The notes: generated from the sequence alone by a model not told the origin. Positions 9,805 to 20,455 are shown, counted from the stretch's first letter. The stretch: 64,000 nt of DNA from Thermoplasmata archaeon (GCA_021817245.1 JAKAVQ010000001.1:212265-276264); one strand, 5' to 3'. Numbers and translations are program-made.

Positions 9805-9927
9805 GGGCTCTGCCCCCTCGACGGCAGATAACGCTTCGGTGTCCCCCACCCCATCGGCCGGTCGACTCGCGTTGACCGAATCCTTACCCGATGGGCGGGG
9901 CGGCGCCCCCCCCCGAGGCGTCTCAGG

Positions 9928-10330
9928 GTGTCGCTCCACGCCAAGATCGGGATCGTCTTCCTTGGGTTCCTGCTCGCCCTCGAGCCCGATCCCGGCCCGG
10001 TGCCGACCGACGCGCACGTCGCGTTGGGGATCGGGACCCGCTGGCGCTGGCCTACCGGAACCTCTCGTGCCCCCAGGACGACGCCACCGGCGCGGTTCGA
10101 GCGCGTCGCGTCGGCCTCGGCAAGCCTTGCGCTCCCGGCCGCGCTCGTCGGACGGGCCGTCCAATCCGAGGTCGGGAGCTCCGCATCCGTGCGGCCCGGG
10201 CGATCCCGTTGGGACCTGCGGACCGTCTTCCTGTCGTGCTGGGGGTCGCGATCATGACCCAATCGGCGGCGGTCGCCATCGCCTTCGACATGGGGGAGAA
10301 CCGGGAGTTCGAGCCGGAGACCACCCCCGG
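9928..10330 (+). pseudogene. Possible frameshifted relic of a membrane transporter (MFS-like C-terminus)
   Basis: Hydrophobic segments alternate between two + frames (KIGIVFLGFLLAL; RFERVASASASLALPAALVG; LPVVLGVAIMTQSAAVAIAF). Confidence 0.25.
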
Positions 10331-10531
10331 GGGAGATCCCGCGGCCGGCCCCGCGTCGTTCCGAGGGCTCGATAGCTCCTCCCACGGGCCGCCCCCGCGG
10401 CTCGCGATCCGCCCGTGTCCGCGGGTCCGCTCCGGCCGCTCGACCGCCCGACCTCACGGCGGTGCCGCTCCGAAACGCCTTCTAGGGGAGTTCCTTGTCT
10501 GTCGGAACTTGGCGGAGATCTGAGGAGCACC

Positions 10532-11182
10532 ATGACCGAGGGACGGAAGGTGGGGATCCTGGGAAGCGGGACGGTCGCGCAGCGCCTGGGCCGCGGGTTC
10601 GCCGAGCATCGGTTCGACGTGATGCTCGGGACCCGGGACCCGAAGAAGCTCGAAGAGTGGAAGGCCGCGTCGCACGGAAAGGTATCGGTCGGGAGCTTCG
10701 CCGCGGCCGCCGCCCATGGAGAGATCGTGGTCCTCGCGACGGCCGGCAGCGGGACCGAAGCCGCGCTCGACCTCGCGGGCCCAGAGCACTTCATCGGCAA
10801 GCTCGTGCTCGACGCGTCGAACCCTCTCGACTTCTCGCACGGAATGCCGCCCGGCCTCCTCTACGGAACGTCCGACTCCCTCGGCGAGCGGGTGCAGCGC
10901 AAGCTCTCCCACGCTCGGGTCGTGAAGTGTTTCAACACCGTCAGCCACGCCCAGATGGTCGACCCCCACTTTCGGGAGGGGATCCCGTTGATGATGATCT
11001 GCGGGGACGATCCCGGAGCGAAGGCCGAGACCGAGAAGATCCTCCGGGAGCTCGGCTGGCCGGGCGCGCTCGACGTCGGCGGCATCGACGCCGCCCGGTG
11101 GCTCGAGGCCCTCGTCCCGCTCTGGGTCCGGGTCGGGGGGCGGCTCGAGACCTACGAACACGCGTTCCGCGCGGTCCGCTAG
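10532..11182 (+). CDS. npdG: NADPH-dependent F420 reductase family oxidoreductase
   Basis: ATG 10532 with GAGGAG RBS; GILGSGTVA Rossmann motif, DASNPL, VVKCFNTV, ICGDD, LEALVPLW. Confidence 0.85.
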   Translation: MTEGRKVGILGSGTVAQRLGRGFAEHRFDVMLGTRDPKKLEEWKAASHGKVSVGSFAAAAAHGEIVVLATAGSGTEAALDLAGPEHFIGKLVLDASNPLDFSHGMPPGLLYGTSDSLGERVQRKLSHARVVKCFNTVSHAQMVDPHFREGIPLMMICGDDPGAKAETEKILRELGWPGALDVGGIDAARWLEALVPLWVRVGGRLETYEHAFRAVR

Positions 11183-11253
11183 AGGGCTTCCCGACGCGCG
11201 TGGCGGCCGAGCCCCTCTCGAGGTCCGACGCCGTGGCGCGATTCCCGGAACCG

Positions 11254-12006
11254 ATGGACGCGGAGGAGGAGACGAGCGTTGCCGACCTCCTTCCCGACTC
11301 TCCGTCGTGCTTCGTCGTCCGGTCGGTCCTGCACCGCCATGCCGGGCGGGCCTGGACGTCCGAGCCCGGGGACCCCCTCCGCGCGCTCGTGGTGGAGCGG
11401 GCGAACGGGTCGGGCTCCTGCTACTGCCTCGGAACGGACACGGTCGAGATCGTCCGTCTGCTCGGGGGCGCTCCCGAGTGGCGGTGGATCCGCTGCCTCC
11501 CCGAGCAGTCCGGGGCGCTCCGGAACGCGCTCGAGGCCGGCAAAGGCCGCCCGGTCCGGAGCACGCGCGAGCGCGTCCAGCGACTGATCGCGCCGGTGGT
11601 CCCCATCGCCCACCCCTGGGTGCGCCGGCTCGGGGAGGACGATGCAGAGCTTCTCGACGGAGCGGCTCCCGCGCTCCGGCCGGTCGGTTTCCAGTCGAGC
11701 CTGGCGGCGCTCAGCGGAGGGGTCGCGGCCGGGGCGATCGTCGAGGGGCATCTGGTCGGCTCGGTGTCGATGGGTCTCTCCTCGGCCGATCACGCCGAGC
11801 TCACCGGTGGTGTGCTCCTTCCCTGGCGAGGCCGCGGGATCGGGACCGCCTCCATCAGCCTCGTGGCCGCGACCCTCCAGGAGCGGGCTCTCATCCCGGT
11901 CTGGACGATCGACGACGACGACCCGATCGCACGTCGGGTCGCGGATAAGCTCGGATTCGAAACGTGCGGCGAAACGGTCCGGTTCGTGCGGGAGCCCCGT
12001 TCTTAG
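11254..12006 (+). CDS. GNAT family N-acetyltransferase
   Basis: C-terminal motif VLLPWRGRGIGT and ARRVADKLGF; ATG 11254 within ORF 10495..12006. Confidence 0.75.
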   Translation: MDAEEETSVADLLPDSPSCFVVRSVLHRHAGRAWTSEPGDPLRALVVERANGSGSCYCLGTDTVEIVRLLGGAPEWRWIRCLPEQSGALRNALEAGKGRPVRSTRERVQRLIAPVVPIAHPWVRRLGEDDAELLDGAAPALRPVGFQSSLAALSGGVAAGAIVEGHLVGSVSMGLSSADHAELTGGVLLPWRGRGIGTASISLVAATLQERALIPVWTIDDDDPIARRVADKLGFETCGETVRFVREPRS

Positions 12007-12103
12007 GGGGTTGATCGACCGCCCGGGTCGCGGCCCAGACCCGGTCCGCCCGCCGGGGGGGCGCCGAGGCGCCCGGGAGGCTCTCTCGGCCCGGTCCAAC
12101 GGC

Positions 12104-14539
12104 TCAGGGCCCGGCGGACCGGCCACCGCGGCGCGGGAGTGGAGCCGCGGTCACCGCATAGTCCCGGCCTTCCCATCGATCGGCGAGCGGCCAGTAGAAC
12201 GTGAACCGCCAGCTCCTTCCGGACGCGCCGAGCGGCGCGAGGTCGACGTAGTGGAGGTCGAGCCCGGTCGCCCGCGAGTCGAGATCCGAGGAGGACCTCC
12301 AGTCGTCCTCGCTCGCGTGGAGCCGGAAGGGTACGTCGGCGACGACCCGCACGACGGCCGAAGGGTCGGCCCCGGCCGGACGTCGCCGGAACGTCCAGAC
12401 CTCGATCGGGGCGCCCCGGCCCCGACCGTGCGCGTAGCGTTCTGAGACTTCGGGAACCTGGTCGAAGATCCGGCCGTCGGCGACGGAGCGGAGGAGGGAG
12501 ATGTACTCGGCATGCGCCCACGCGAGCGGCATCGCCGCCTCCGTCGGACGCCCCAGCGCGAGGTGAAGGGCCGGGCGGTCGGTCTCGTCCCAGACCTGCT
12601 CGGTCAGGAGGCCGGTCGCCGTCGCGAACCGCTCCATCGCCGAGAGGTACGGGCCGGGATCACGCCCCAGGGCGAGCTCATAATGGCCACGCTCCCCGGT
12701 CAAGAGCGGCCATGCCCGGCCCACGCCCCAGTCGGCGTACGGCCCACCGTCGTCGCGTTCTCCGTACCCGTCGTGGTTGTACCGGCGCCACACGGGGCCG
12801 TACGGCGTATCGACCCGCAGGAGCCGGTCGACGACCCTCAACGAGTCGGCGACGAGCGAGTCGTCCGGCCGGCGAACGCCGTATCGGACGAGGTCGAGGA
12901 AGCCCGCGCTGACGATCTCGCTCGCGCGGAACCGTCGGGGGGCCTCCGGCGGGAGGTTCGGCAGCTCGATCCAGCCGAGGTCCGCGCCCTCGTCGGGTGT
13001 TGGGTCATCGGTCGAGACCGGACGGATGCGGACGTAGTGCTCCGGGACTCCCGGTAGGAGCGTGCCCCCGGTCGTGACCGTCCACGGCTCCACGTGGGAC
13101 TCGAGGAAGTCCGCGTACCTCTGAACGAACTCTGCTGCGACTGCGTCGCCCGCGCTGCGTGCGAACCGGGCCGCCTCGGTGAGCCCCGCGATGCAGGCAG
13201 CGAGGGTCGAGGGAGAGTAGCCGCCGACCTCCTCCCAGCGGTCCTGCTGCGTCACCGGTCCGTGCGTGATCAGGAACCGCGCGGCGCGACGGACCATCGG
13301 ATACGGGTCGAAGTCGGCGAGGCCGCCGGCGCGGGCGAGCTGGCCCGCGAGGAGGATCGGGAGGGCGACCTCGTCCAGCTGCAGGCCTTGCCAGTACGGC
13401 GTCCCGTCGACCCAGAAGTTCTGCGGAAAGCCGCCGTCCGGCCGCTGCCGCGTCGCGAGGTAGACGAGCGCCCGTCGCGCGGACTCGGTCGCTCCCGAGG
13501 CGAGCAGCGCCCGGGCCGTATGGACCATGTCTCGGGTCCAGACGAGGTGATAGCCGCCGCGGTCCTCGTCGGACTTCGCGGCGCCCCAGGGAATAGAGAG
13601 CGAGGCGATGAACGCGCCCGGGAACGCCTTGTCCTCGTGCGCCAGCAGGATCGCGCGGCTCGCTCCGTAGAGCCGACCGCCGTCCCGCGCGGAGGAGGCG
13701 AGGGGGCGAGCGCTCGCGGCGGCGCGGTCCCATTGCTCCGCGAACCGACGGGCATGCACGTCGAACGGTTCACTCATCGCCTGGAAGAGCGAGGTCACCG
13801 CGGACGGGACCGACGTCCCGAACGCGAGCGCGACCGTGAACTCCTCGGTCGGCGCCGAGACCGGCAGCTCACCGAGGAGCGCGACGTTCCCGTTCGGCGC
13901 CCGGTCGAACTCCCAGGTCATCGAGCGGTGGTGCGCAAGGTCCGTCCAGCCATCGCTCGCCCCCACGTAGCCGACCGAGCTCCGCACGAACGGACGACTG
14001 GCCGCAAGGACGAGCGCGACGCCGTCCTTCTCCACCGTGAGGACCTCCTGCCCCGCGATCCGCTGGACCGATGCCGAGTTCCCCCAACCCCCGACGTCCA
14101 GATGGGGGGCCCCGAGGAGGAAGAGTCGCAGCCGGTCGGTCAGCTCGGGGCGCCGCACCTCGAGACGGGTGTGGAGGAGCAGGCAGGGAAGATGGGGGGC
14201 AGCGATGATGGTCTTCTCGAGCCGGTACCGCCCCTCGGGCTCCTCCGATCGCACGAGGTACCCGAGCGCGTGGTCGGACAGGCGCTCGATCCGACGGACC
14301 AGGTGACGCTTCTCCTCATGGAAGAACGTGGCCCCGTCGGTGAAGAGAAACTCGAGGTCCCGCAGCTGGGGGCGGTCGATCCGGGGGAAATAGACCTCGG
14401 TGACGATCCCCCGCCAGAGGGTGAACCACAGCGGGGAGTCGGCCGAGTACGCGGTCCCGATCCCGTCCTTGTTGCTGTGGGACCACCGCGGCTCGATCCC
14501 CGGCGCACCGAACGCCACCCGGTCTCCCCGCGGTTCCAA
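12104..14539 (-). CDS. Glucoamylase/glucodextranase (GH15)
   Basis: AFGAPGIEPRW N-terminus, ASLSIPWG, GGYHLVWTRD, QDRWEE catalytic motif, EQVWD, PLAWAHAEY. Confidence 0.95.
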   Translation of the reverse strand: MEPRGDRVAFGAPGIEPRWSHSNKDGIGTAYSADSPLWFTLWRGIVTEVYFPRIDRPQLRDLEFLFTDGATFFHEEKRHLVRRIERLSDHALGYLVRSEEPEGRYRLEKTIIAAPHLPCLLLHTRLEVRRPELTDRLRLFLLGAPHLDVGGWGNSASVQRIAGQEVLTVEKDGVALVLAASRPFVRSSVGYVGASDGWTDLAHHRSMTWEFDRAPNGNVALLGELPVSAPTEEFTVALAFGTSVPSAVTSLFQAMSEPFDVHARRFAEQWDRAAASARPLASSARDGGRLYGASRAILLAHEDKAFPGAFIASLSIPWGAAKSDEDRGGYHLVWTRDMVHTARALLASGATESARRALVYLATRQRPDGGFPQNFWVDGTPYWQGLQLDEVALPILLAGQLARAGGLADFDPYPMVRRAARFLITHGPVTQQDRWEEVGGYSPSTLAACIAGLTEAARFARSAGDAVAAEFVQRYADFLESHVEPWTVTTGGTLLPGVPEHYVRIRPVSTDDPTPDEGADLGWIELPNLPPEAPRRFRASEIVSAGFLDLVRYGVRRPDDSLVADSLRVVDRLLRVDTPYGPVWRRYNHDGYGERDDGGPYADWGVGRAWPLLTGERGHYELALGRDPGPYLSAMERFATATGLLTEQVWDETDRPALHLALGRPTEAAMPLAWAHAEYISLLRSVADGRIFDQVPEVSERYAHGRGRGAPIEVWTFRRRPAGADPSAVVRVVADVPFRLHASEDDWRSSSDLDSRATGLDLHYVDLAPLGASGRSWRFTFYWPLADRWEGRDYAVTAAPLPRRGGRSAGP

Positions 14540-14646
14540 AATCCCCCCGTCGCGGCGCCCACCGTCCCGGGGGACTTGAAGCTTCGTGAGGTCGCCGGGC
14601 CCGGCGGCCGCGGGGGGGCTTTTCTGTCGGAGATGTTCCCGGCGGC

Positions 14647-15501
14647 GTGGACCTGTCGCTCTTCCTCGTGCTGATGCTCCTCACCGGCATCGTCGCGGGC
14701 ATCGTCGGCTCCCTCACCGGGCTCGGGGGTGCGGTGATCGTGATCCCGGTCCTCGTGATCGCCTTCGGGATCGACTTTGCGACGGCCGCCGGGGTCGGAT
14801 TCGTGACGATCCTCACCACCTCTTCGACGACCGGCGCGGCGTACGTCCGGGACCGTCTCAGCGATCTCCGCATCGGGATGTTCCTCGAGATCGCGACCGT
14901 TCCCGGGGCGTTCTTGGGCGCCGCCGGCACCGTGCTCCTCGCCCACGCCGACCTCAACAGCGTGCTCCTGATCGCGCTCGGCGGAGTGCTGCTCGCGATC
15001 ATCCCCGGCACCCTCGCCCGCCGCAACGTCGAGCTTCCCGCGGGGATCGTCCCCGATCGGCGGTCGCGTCGCCTCGGGTTCGAGGGCAGCTACCACGACG
15101 TCGCGCTGAAGCGAGAGGTGGAGTATGCGGCGGGCGACACCTCCTCGGCGCTCGGGGTGATGTTCGGCGCGGGGATCGTTTCGGGCATGTTCGGGATCGG
15201 CGCCGGGGTGTTCAAGGTGCTCGCGCTCGAGCGGTACCTCGGGCTGCCGATGAAGGTGGCGACGGCGACCAGCAACTTCATGATCGGCGTCACCGCGGCG
15301 GCCGGCGCCGGGATCATGCTCTCCGCGGGGTACATCAATCCGGTCGTCGCGGCACCGGTGGCGATGGGCACCGCCCTCGGGGCGTACCTCGGGAGCCGAC
15401 TGCTCCCGAAGCTGAAGAACCGCACGGTGCGCCTCCTGTTCGTGCCGGTGGTCGCCGCGCTCGCGATCGAGGTCATTCTCCGAGGGCTCGGATTGCCGTG
15501 A
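14647..15501 (+). CDS. TSUP/TauE-SafE family membrane transporter
   Basis: Duplicated GSLTGLGG / SGMFGIGAG motifs, ATSNFMIGVTAA, multiple TM helices. Confidence 0.9.
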   Translation: MDLSLFLVLMLLTGIVAGIVGSLTGLGGAVIVIPVLVIAFGIDFATAAGVGFVTILTTSSTTGAAYVRDRLSDLRIGMFLEIATVPGAFLGAAGTVLLAHADLNSVLLIALGGVLLAIIPGTLARRNVELPAGIVPDRRSRRLGFEGSYHDVALKREVEYAAGDTSSALGVMFGAGIVSGMFGIGAGVFKVLALERYLGLPMKVATATSNFMIGVTAAAGAGIMLSAGYINPVVAAPVAMGTALGAYLGSRLLPKLKNRTVRLLFVPVVAALAIEVILRGLGLP

Positions 15502-15920
15502 CGGCCCCGGAGCCGACGGTCGCCGTCCCCTCCCGCGAGCGGTCGCTTCCCCCGGAAGCGTACCGACGGATGACGCTCGTCCTCCGGGCCGGCCTTCTCA
15601 CCGCGCTCGTCCTGCTCGTGGCCGGGGTGATCGCCTACCGCTTCGTCGACCCCTCGGTGGGGTCGGGGGAGGTCGTCCGCTCGAACCCGATCGCCGGGTA
15701 CCTCGACCCCCTCGGCCTCGCCCACGGGCTCGCCGCCGGCTCGGTCGAGGCATATCTCACGCTCGGGCTTCTCGCCCTGATCGCGACGCCGATCCTCCGC
15801 GTCTTCTCGGGGTTCTACTACTTCCGGCGCGGAAGGGAGCAGACGATGGCGGCCGTGACGCTCACGGTCTTTTTGCTCCTGCTCGCGGGCCTCTTCGTGG
15901 TGGGGCCGTTCCTGCGCTAA
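15498..15920 (+). CDS. DUF1634 family membrane protein
   Basis: GTGA overlap with TSUP gene; LGLLALIATPILRV motif; usual TSUP partner. Confidence 0.8.
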   Translation: MTAPEPTVAVPSRERSLPPEAYRRMTLVLRAGLLTALVLLVAGVIAYRFVDPSVGSGEVVRSNPIAGYLDPLGLAHGLAAGSVEAYLTLGLLALIATPILRVFSGFYYFRRGREQTMAAVTLTVFLLLLAGLFVVGPFLR

Positions 15921-17305
15921 GCGCGCGGAGACTCCTCCGGCGGGAGTGCGTCCACGGCCGACCGGACGAGCGCGAGCCCGCGCTCCGCGAGCGCCCTCGC
16001 GCGCGCCGGCTCCTTCGCCTCGGCGAAGACGCGGAAGAGCGGCTCGGTCCCCGAGGGGCGGAGGAGGAGCCATCCGCCCTCCAGCCACGCCTTGACGCCG
16101 TCCAGCGTCTCGACGCGCTCGCTGTCCTTCTGGAGGGCGAGCAAGACCCGTTCGAGGACTGCCGCGCGATGCTCCGCCGGGCAGGCGACCTTCTCCTTGA
16201 CGAGGGTGTAGTGGGGAAGCTCGGAGAGCACCTCGGCGAGGCCGGAACCCCGCCGCGCGAGCAGATCCAGGACCGCGGCGGCGGTCATCGCGCCATCCCG
16301 CGCGAGCTGGTGAGCCGGGAAGATCAGTCCGCCGTTCTCCTCGCCTCCAAACACCGCGCGCCGGGTCTGCATCTCGTGAGTGACCGCCGGCGACCCGATG
16401 CGGGTGTAGACGACCGAACCCCCGAAGGGCTGGATCGCCTCTTCGACGGCCTGGGAGCCCGACACCGGTGTCACGACGATCCCGCCGCCCGCCCGGGCGA
16501 CGGAGTCCCGCGCGAGGAGGGTCAGCGTCTCCTCTCCCGGCACGTACCGTCCGCTCCCATCGACGAAGACCGCGCGGTCGGCGTCGCCGTCGTGCGCGAT
16601 CCCGAGGTCGGCCCCGACCGTGTGCACGAACCGGGTGAGGTCGACGAGGTTCGCGGGCGTGGGCTCGGAGAGATGGCCGGGGAACGTTCCGTCGACCTGC
16701 GCGTTCAGCGAGACGACCCGACAGCCGAGCCGGCGGAGCAGCCGCGGGCTCGTCATCGACGACGCGCCGTTCCCGCAGTCGAGGACGACCGTGAACTTCC
16801 GCTCGGAGATCTTCCCGACATCGACCCGGCTCAGGATCCCTTCGACGTACCGCTCCCCGCCGGTCGGATCCGGCAGGATCTCCCCGATCCCCGAGAACCG
16901 AGCGGCCGGGGTGGCCGAGCGATCGATCCCGGCCTCGATGCCCTCCTCGAAGGCCCGAGGGACCTCGAGCCCGTCCGGCCCGATGACCTTCACCCCGTTG
17001 AACTCGGGGGGATTATGCGACGCCGTCAGGATCACGCCGAGCGCCGCGTCGTGTCGGGGGACGAGGTACTGCACCGCCGGCGTGGGGAGCAGCCCGACCT
17101 CCACGACCCGGTGGCCGCCGAGCGCGAGGGTGGCGGTCATGATGCGCGCGAACGCGGGGCTCGAGGTCCGCCCGTCCCAGCCGACCACGATCGGCCGGCC
17201 GGGCGGGACCATCGCCGAGATCGCCCCCGCGACCCGCGTGACGAACGGCGCGGTGAGCTTTTCCCCGACGACCTCGCGGATGCCGTTCGTACCGAAGAGC
17301 CGCAC
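15917..17305 (-). CDS. glmM: Phosphoglucosamine mutase / PGM-PMM family
   Basis: RLFGTNGIR, TASHNP phosphoserine motif, HDGDADR, GGEENG, RPSGTEP; GTG start chosen at 17305. Confidence 0.9.
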   Translation of the reverse strand: MRLFGTNGIREVVGEKLTAPFVTRVAGAISAMVPPGRPIVVGWDGRTSSPAFARIMTATLALGGHRVVEVGLLPTPAVQYLVPRHDAALGVILTASHNPPEFNGVKVIGPDGLEVPRAFEEGIEAGIDRSATPAARFSGIGEILPDPTGGERYVEGILSRVDVGKISERKFTVVLDCGNGASSMTSPRLLRRLGCRVVSLNAQVDGTFPGHLSEPTPANLVDLTRFVHTVGADLGIAHDGDADRAVFVDGSGRYVPGEETLTLLARDSVARAGGGIVVTPVSGSQAVEEAIQPFGGSVVYTRIGSPAVTHEMQTRRAVFGGEENGGLIFPAHQLARDGAMTAAAVLDLLARRGSGLAEVLSELPHYTLVKEKVACPAEHRAAVLERVLLALQKDSERVETLDGVKAWLEGGWLLLRPSGTEPLFRVFAEAKEPARARALAERGLALVRSAVDALPPEESPRA

Positions 17306-17338
17306 GGTCGCTCGAGCAACGGCGCACACGTTCCGACC

Positions 17339-17344
17339 TATAAA
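17339..17344. promoter_or_regulatory. TATA element between divergent glmM and Mut7-C genes
   Basis: Single TATAAA/TTTATA in a GC-rich 78-nt divergent spacer. Confidence 0.6.
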
Positions 17345-17383
17345 GGGCCCGAGGGTGCCCGTCCCGGGCTCGAAGGAGGAGGA

Positions 17384-17860
17384 ATGACGGTACCGCGCTG
17401 GCTGGCCGACGAGATGGTCGGACGCCTCGCGCGGTACCTGCGCTTCGTGGGCTGCGACACCCTCTACGTCCGCGGCCTCTCCGACGACAAGATCCTCGCA
17501 TGGGCGCAGCGGGAGGACCGCGTCCTGCTCACCCGAGACCGTCGGCTCGCGGCCCGCGCTCCGCGGAGCCTCCTCCTCGACAGCCCCGAGATCGGGGCGC
17601 AATGGCGCTCCGTCCGCCGCGCCTATCCCGACCTCCCGAACGATGTCCGCTTCGAGCGGTGCACCGAGTGCAACGGCGAGCTGGAACTCTACCGTCCCGG
17701 CCCCGAAGCGCCGAGAGAAGGTCCCGTGCCCTGGGACCGGGTCGACCGGGGCCTTCTGCTCTACCGGTGCCGAGCGTGCGGCCACCTCTATTGGGAGGGT
17801 TCCCACACCGCCAGCATCCGGAGCCGGCTCGCAGCCTGGGCGGATCTCGGAGCGCGATGA
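17384..17860 (+). CDS. Mut7-C RNase domain protein (PIN fold + Zn ribbon)
   Basis: ADEMVGRLARYLR, LLTRD, RCTECNGEL...CRACGHLYWEGSH; AGGAGG RBS. Confidence 0.9.
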   Translation: MTVPRWLADEMVGRLARYLRFVGCDTLYVRGLSDDKILAWAQREDRVLLTRDRRLAARAPRSLLLDSPEIGAQWRSVRRAYPDLPNDVRFERCTECNGELELYRPGPEAPREGPVPWDRVDRGLLLYRCRACGHLYWEGSHTASIRSRLAAWADLGAR

Positions 17861-18894
17861 TGCGCGTGTACGTCGAGCTCTCCGGCGAGGCGCCGTCGCT
17901 CGCGTCGGCCGAAGCGGAGGCGGCGGCCGAGGCGATCGGAGGAGGACCGGCGGCCGACGCGGTCGATCTCCCCGGCACGCGGGCGGTCGAGCTGGCGAGC
18001 GCGCGCGACGCCTCCCGGCTCGCCGCGCGGCTGGCGCTCGCCCGTCGATGCCTCGAGCTCCGGGCGGAGGCGGCCGCGGTAGGCGACACGACAGAACGCG
18101 AGGGCCGCACCGGACATGCGGCCGCGTTCCGGCGACTGGGACGTCCCACGGGGGGCGGAGACGTCGACCTCCTCGAACTGGGTCGGCGGTACAAGCACGG
18201 CGGGGGTCGGATCGACCTCGAGCGACCGGAGCGGTGCTTCTGGCTCGCCCGGAGCACCGAGGGGATCGACGTGCTGCTTGAGGAGATCGCGACGGTCGAC
18301 CGGCCGGCCGCCGGCCGGCGGCGGATGCCGCTCCTCCCCTTCCAGCGCCCGGTGAGTCTTCCCCCCCGGCTCGCCCGGGCCGCCGCGAACCTCGCCCGGG
18401 TGCGGCCGGCCGACCGGGTCGTCGATCCGTTCGTCGGCACCGGCGCGCTGCTCGCGGAGGCCGGGCTCCTCGGGGGCCGTACGTATGGGGTCGACCTCGA
18501 CGCGGAGATGGTGCGGGGGGCGTTGCGGAACTTCGCCCACCTGAAGGTGGTCGCCGAAGAGCTCCGGGTGGGGGACGCGGGAGAGGTCGAGTTCTCCGAG
18601 CCCGCCGCGCCCTTCGACAGCGTCCTCACCGACCCGCCCTACGGTCGCTCGTCGTCCACGGGCGGGGAGACGGCCGACGCGCTCGTGCTCCGGGTGCTGC
18701 CCCGCTGGGCCGAGCGGGTCCGCCCCGGGGGCCGGGTCGTGGTCGTGAGCCCGGCCGGCGCCGCCCGGCTGTCGGCTCCTTGGGAGCTGCGGACCGCGGT
18801 CCCCGTGCGGGTCCATCGCAGCCTGACCCGGGAGTTCCGGGTCTACGAGCGGTCGGAGGCTCCGGGCGGACCGATCAGCCAAAGACCGGCGTGA
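17857..18894 (+). CDS. trm11: tRNA (guanine(10)-N2)-methyltransferase
   Basis: ELSGE N-terminus, PVSLPPRLARA, DPFVGTG, TDPPYGRS, RVHRSLTR; ATGA overlap. Confidence 0.85.
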   Translation: MMRVYVELSGEAPSLASAEAEAAAEAIGGGPAADAVDLPGTRAVELASARDASRLAARLALARRCLELRAEAAAVGDTTEREGRTGHAAAFRRLGRPTGGGDVDLLELGRRYKHGGGRIDLERPERCFWLARSTEGIDVLLEEIATVDRPAAGRRRMPLLPFQRPVSLPPRLARAAANLARVRPADRVVDPFVGTGALLAEAGLLGGRTYGVDLDAEMVRGALRNFAHLKVVAEELRVGDAGEVEFSEPAAPFDSVLTDPPYGRSSSTGGETADALVLRVLPRWAERVRPGGRVVVVSPAGAARLSAPWELRTAVPVRVHRSLTREFRVYERSEAPGGPISQRPA

Positions 18895-20452
18895 ACTTCG
18901 CGTTGGCCGTGCCCCCGCCGCCGGACGGAGGGCACAGCTGCTCCACGTTGACGTAGAGGGTCGCGGCCCGGGCCGGCTCGGTGTTCCAGAACACCACCAG
19001 CAACGGATAGCTGTGGGCACCGGTCGAATTGATCGTGAGGAAGTCGCTCTCGGGCAGCGCGACCGAGGCACCGGACAGTCGGACGACGTTGCCCCCCGGG
19101 AGGAAGAACTCCCACGTCGAATTGACGGCCCAGTCCGTCAGATTGGCCCCGGTGAGGTAGTCACCGGTCGAGTTCGTGACGTTCGCGACCGACGCGGAAA
19201 GCAGGTAGCCGTGGGGGAGCGGGTCGCCGTTAACGATCGTGACCGAGAGGTTCGCCCCGACGGACGCCCCGATCGGCAGGTGCGCGGGGACCGACGAGGT
19301 CGCGCCCTCCGTGGAGAGCGCGCCGGGCGGCACCGCGATCGGGACGACGACGAAGCCGGTCACGAGGATCGCGAGGACGAGCGCACCGACGAGATAGCGG
19401 CCGGTGCCGAGCGGGGTCTGGTCGTTGAGCGGGGGCGGATGCCGTAGGCCGAGGAAGAGGACCAGGATCGCGAAGAACCACCAACCCGTGTAGTAGATCC
19501 CAAGCGCGAAGAGCAGGATCACGACCCCGTAGCTGACGTAGCGCGTCCGGTCGCCAAAGAGGGCGCGGAAGACGTGGCCGCCGTCGAGCTGGCCCGCGGG
19601 GAGGAGGTTGATCGCGGTGACGAAGATGCCGACCCACCCCGCCAGCGCGAGCGGGCTCAAGTTGACGAGTCCGCTCGGTACGAACAACGAGAGCACGCCC
19701 CAGAACAGCGGCGTTCCGATGAGGAGGTTCCCGTAGCTCTGGCCGAGGATCGTCGGCCCGCAGTAGCTCGCGGGCAGGACCGGCGCGTGGACCGAGAGGA
19801 ACAGCCCCGCGATCGCGATCGGGATCGACGCGGCGAACCCCGCCAGCGGTCCGGACGCCCCGATGTCGAAGAGCGCCTTCTTGTCGGGGAACGGCTCCCG
19901 GATGCTGACGAACGCGCCGAGCGTTCCGAAGAGGAACGGGGGGGGCACCGGGATGAAGTACGGCAGTGAGGCATCGAGCCGGCGCCGCCGGGCCATGAGG
20001 TAGTGGGCGAACTCGTGAAGCCCGAGGATCGCCATCACGGGCAGGCCGAAGTAGAGGCTGCCGTAGAGGAAGTCCGTCGCTCCGAGCTGCATCTGGCCGA
20101 TGTAGGTGAGCCAGATCACGGCGCCGGCGAACGTCGTGGTCGCGACCGTGCCGGCGAGGAGGAGGAGGTTGATCCACAGGCGCGTGCGACCGGCCTTCGG
20201 TCGCCGGACGACCTCGACGAAGTCCTCGCCGGAATCCCGACGGAGCACGGGGACGTACCCCTGCGTCCAGAGCTCCTGGCGCATGCGATCGAACTTGTCG
20301 GAGAGCACCGCGCGGTCGACGTGGACCGCGAACAGGACGGACTGTGGCCCGCTACGGGTCTCGTAGACGGGGAAGTAGGTGCTGACCGTCCGGCGCAGGC
20401 GGTCGAGCTCGGAGTTGCCGGAGGAGGGGAGCGGTCCGGCGCCGGTGGCCAT
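18875..20452 (-). CDS. Site-2 protease (M50) intramembrane metalloprotease with C-terminal extracellular domain
   Basis: HEFAH zinc motif, GPLAG, NLLPAGQLDGGH. Confidence 0.9.
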   Translation of the reverse strand: MATGAGPLPSSGNSELDRLRRTVSTYFPVYETRSGPQSVLFAVHVDRAVLSDKFDRMRQELWTQGYVPVLRRDSGEDFVEVVRRPKAGRTRLWINLLLLAGTVATTTFAGAVIWLTYIGQMQLGATDFLYGSLYFGLPVMAILGLHEFAHYLMARRRRLDASLPYFIPVPPPFLFGTLGAFVSIREPFPDKKALFDIGASGPLAGFAASIPIAIAGLFLSVHAPVLPASYCGPTILGQSYGNLLIGTPLFWGVLSLFVPSGLVNLSPLALAGWVGIFVTAINLLPAGQLDGGHVFRALFGDRTRYVSYGVVILLFALGIYYTGWWFFAILVLFLGLRHPPPLNDQTPLGTGRYLVGALVLAILVTGFVVVPIAVPPGALSTEGATSSVPAHLPIGASVGANLSVTIVNGDPLPHGYLLSASVANVTNSTGDYLTGANLTDWAVNSTWEFFLPGGNVVRLSGASVALPESDFLTINSTGAHSYPLLVVFWNTEPARAATLYVNVEQLCPPSGGGGTANAKFTPVFG

Positions 20453-20455
20453 CCG

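Noticed and set aside
17384-17860. Mut7-C as a toxin of a toxin-antitoxin pair
   Set aside because: No antitoxin-like neighbour; it is coupled to the tRNA methyltransferase gene, which fits RNA metabolism.
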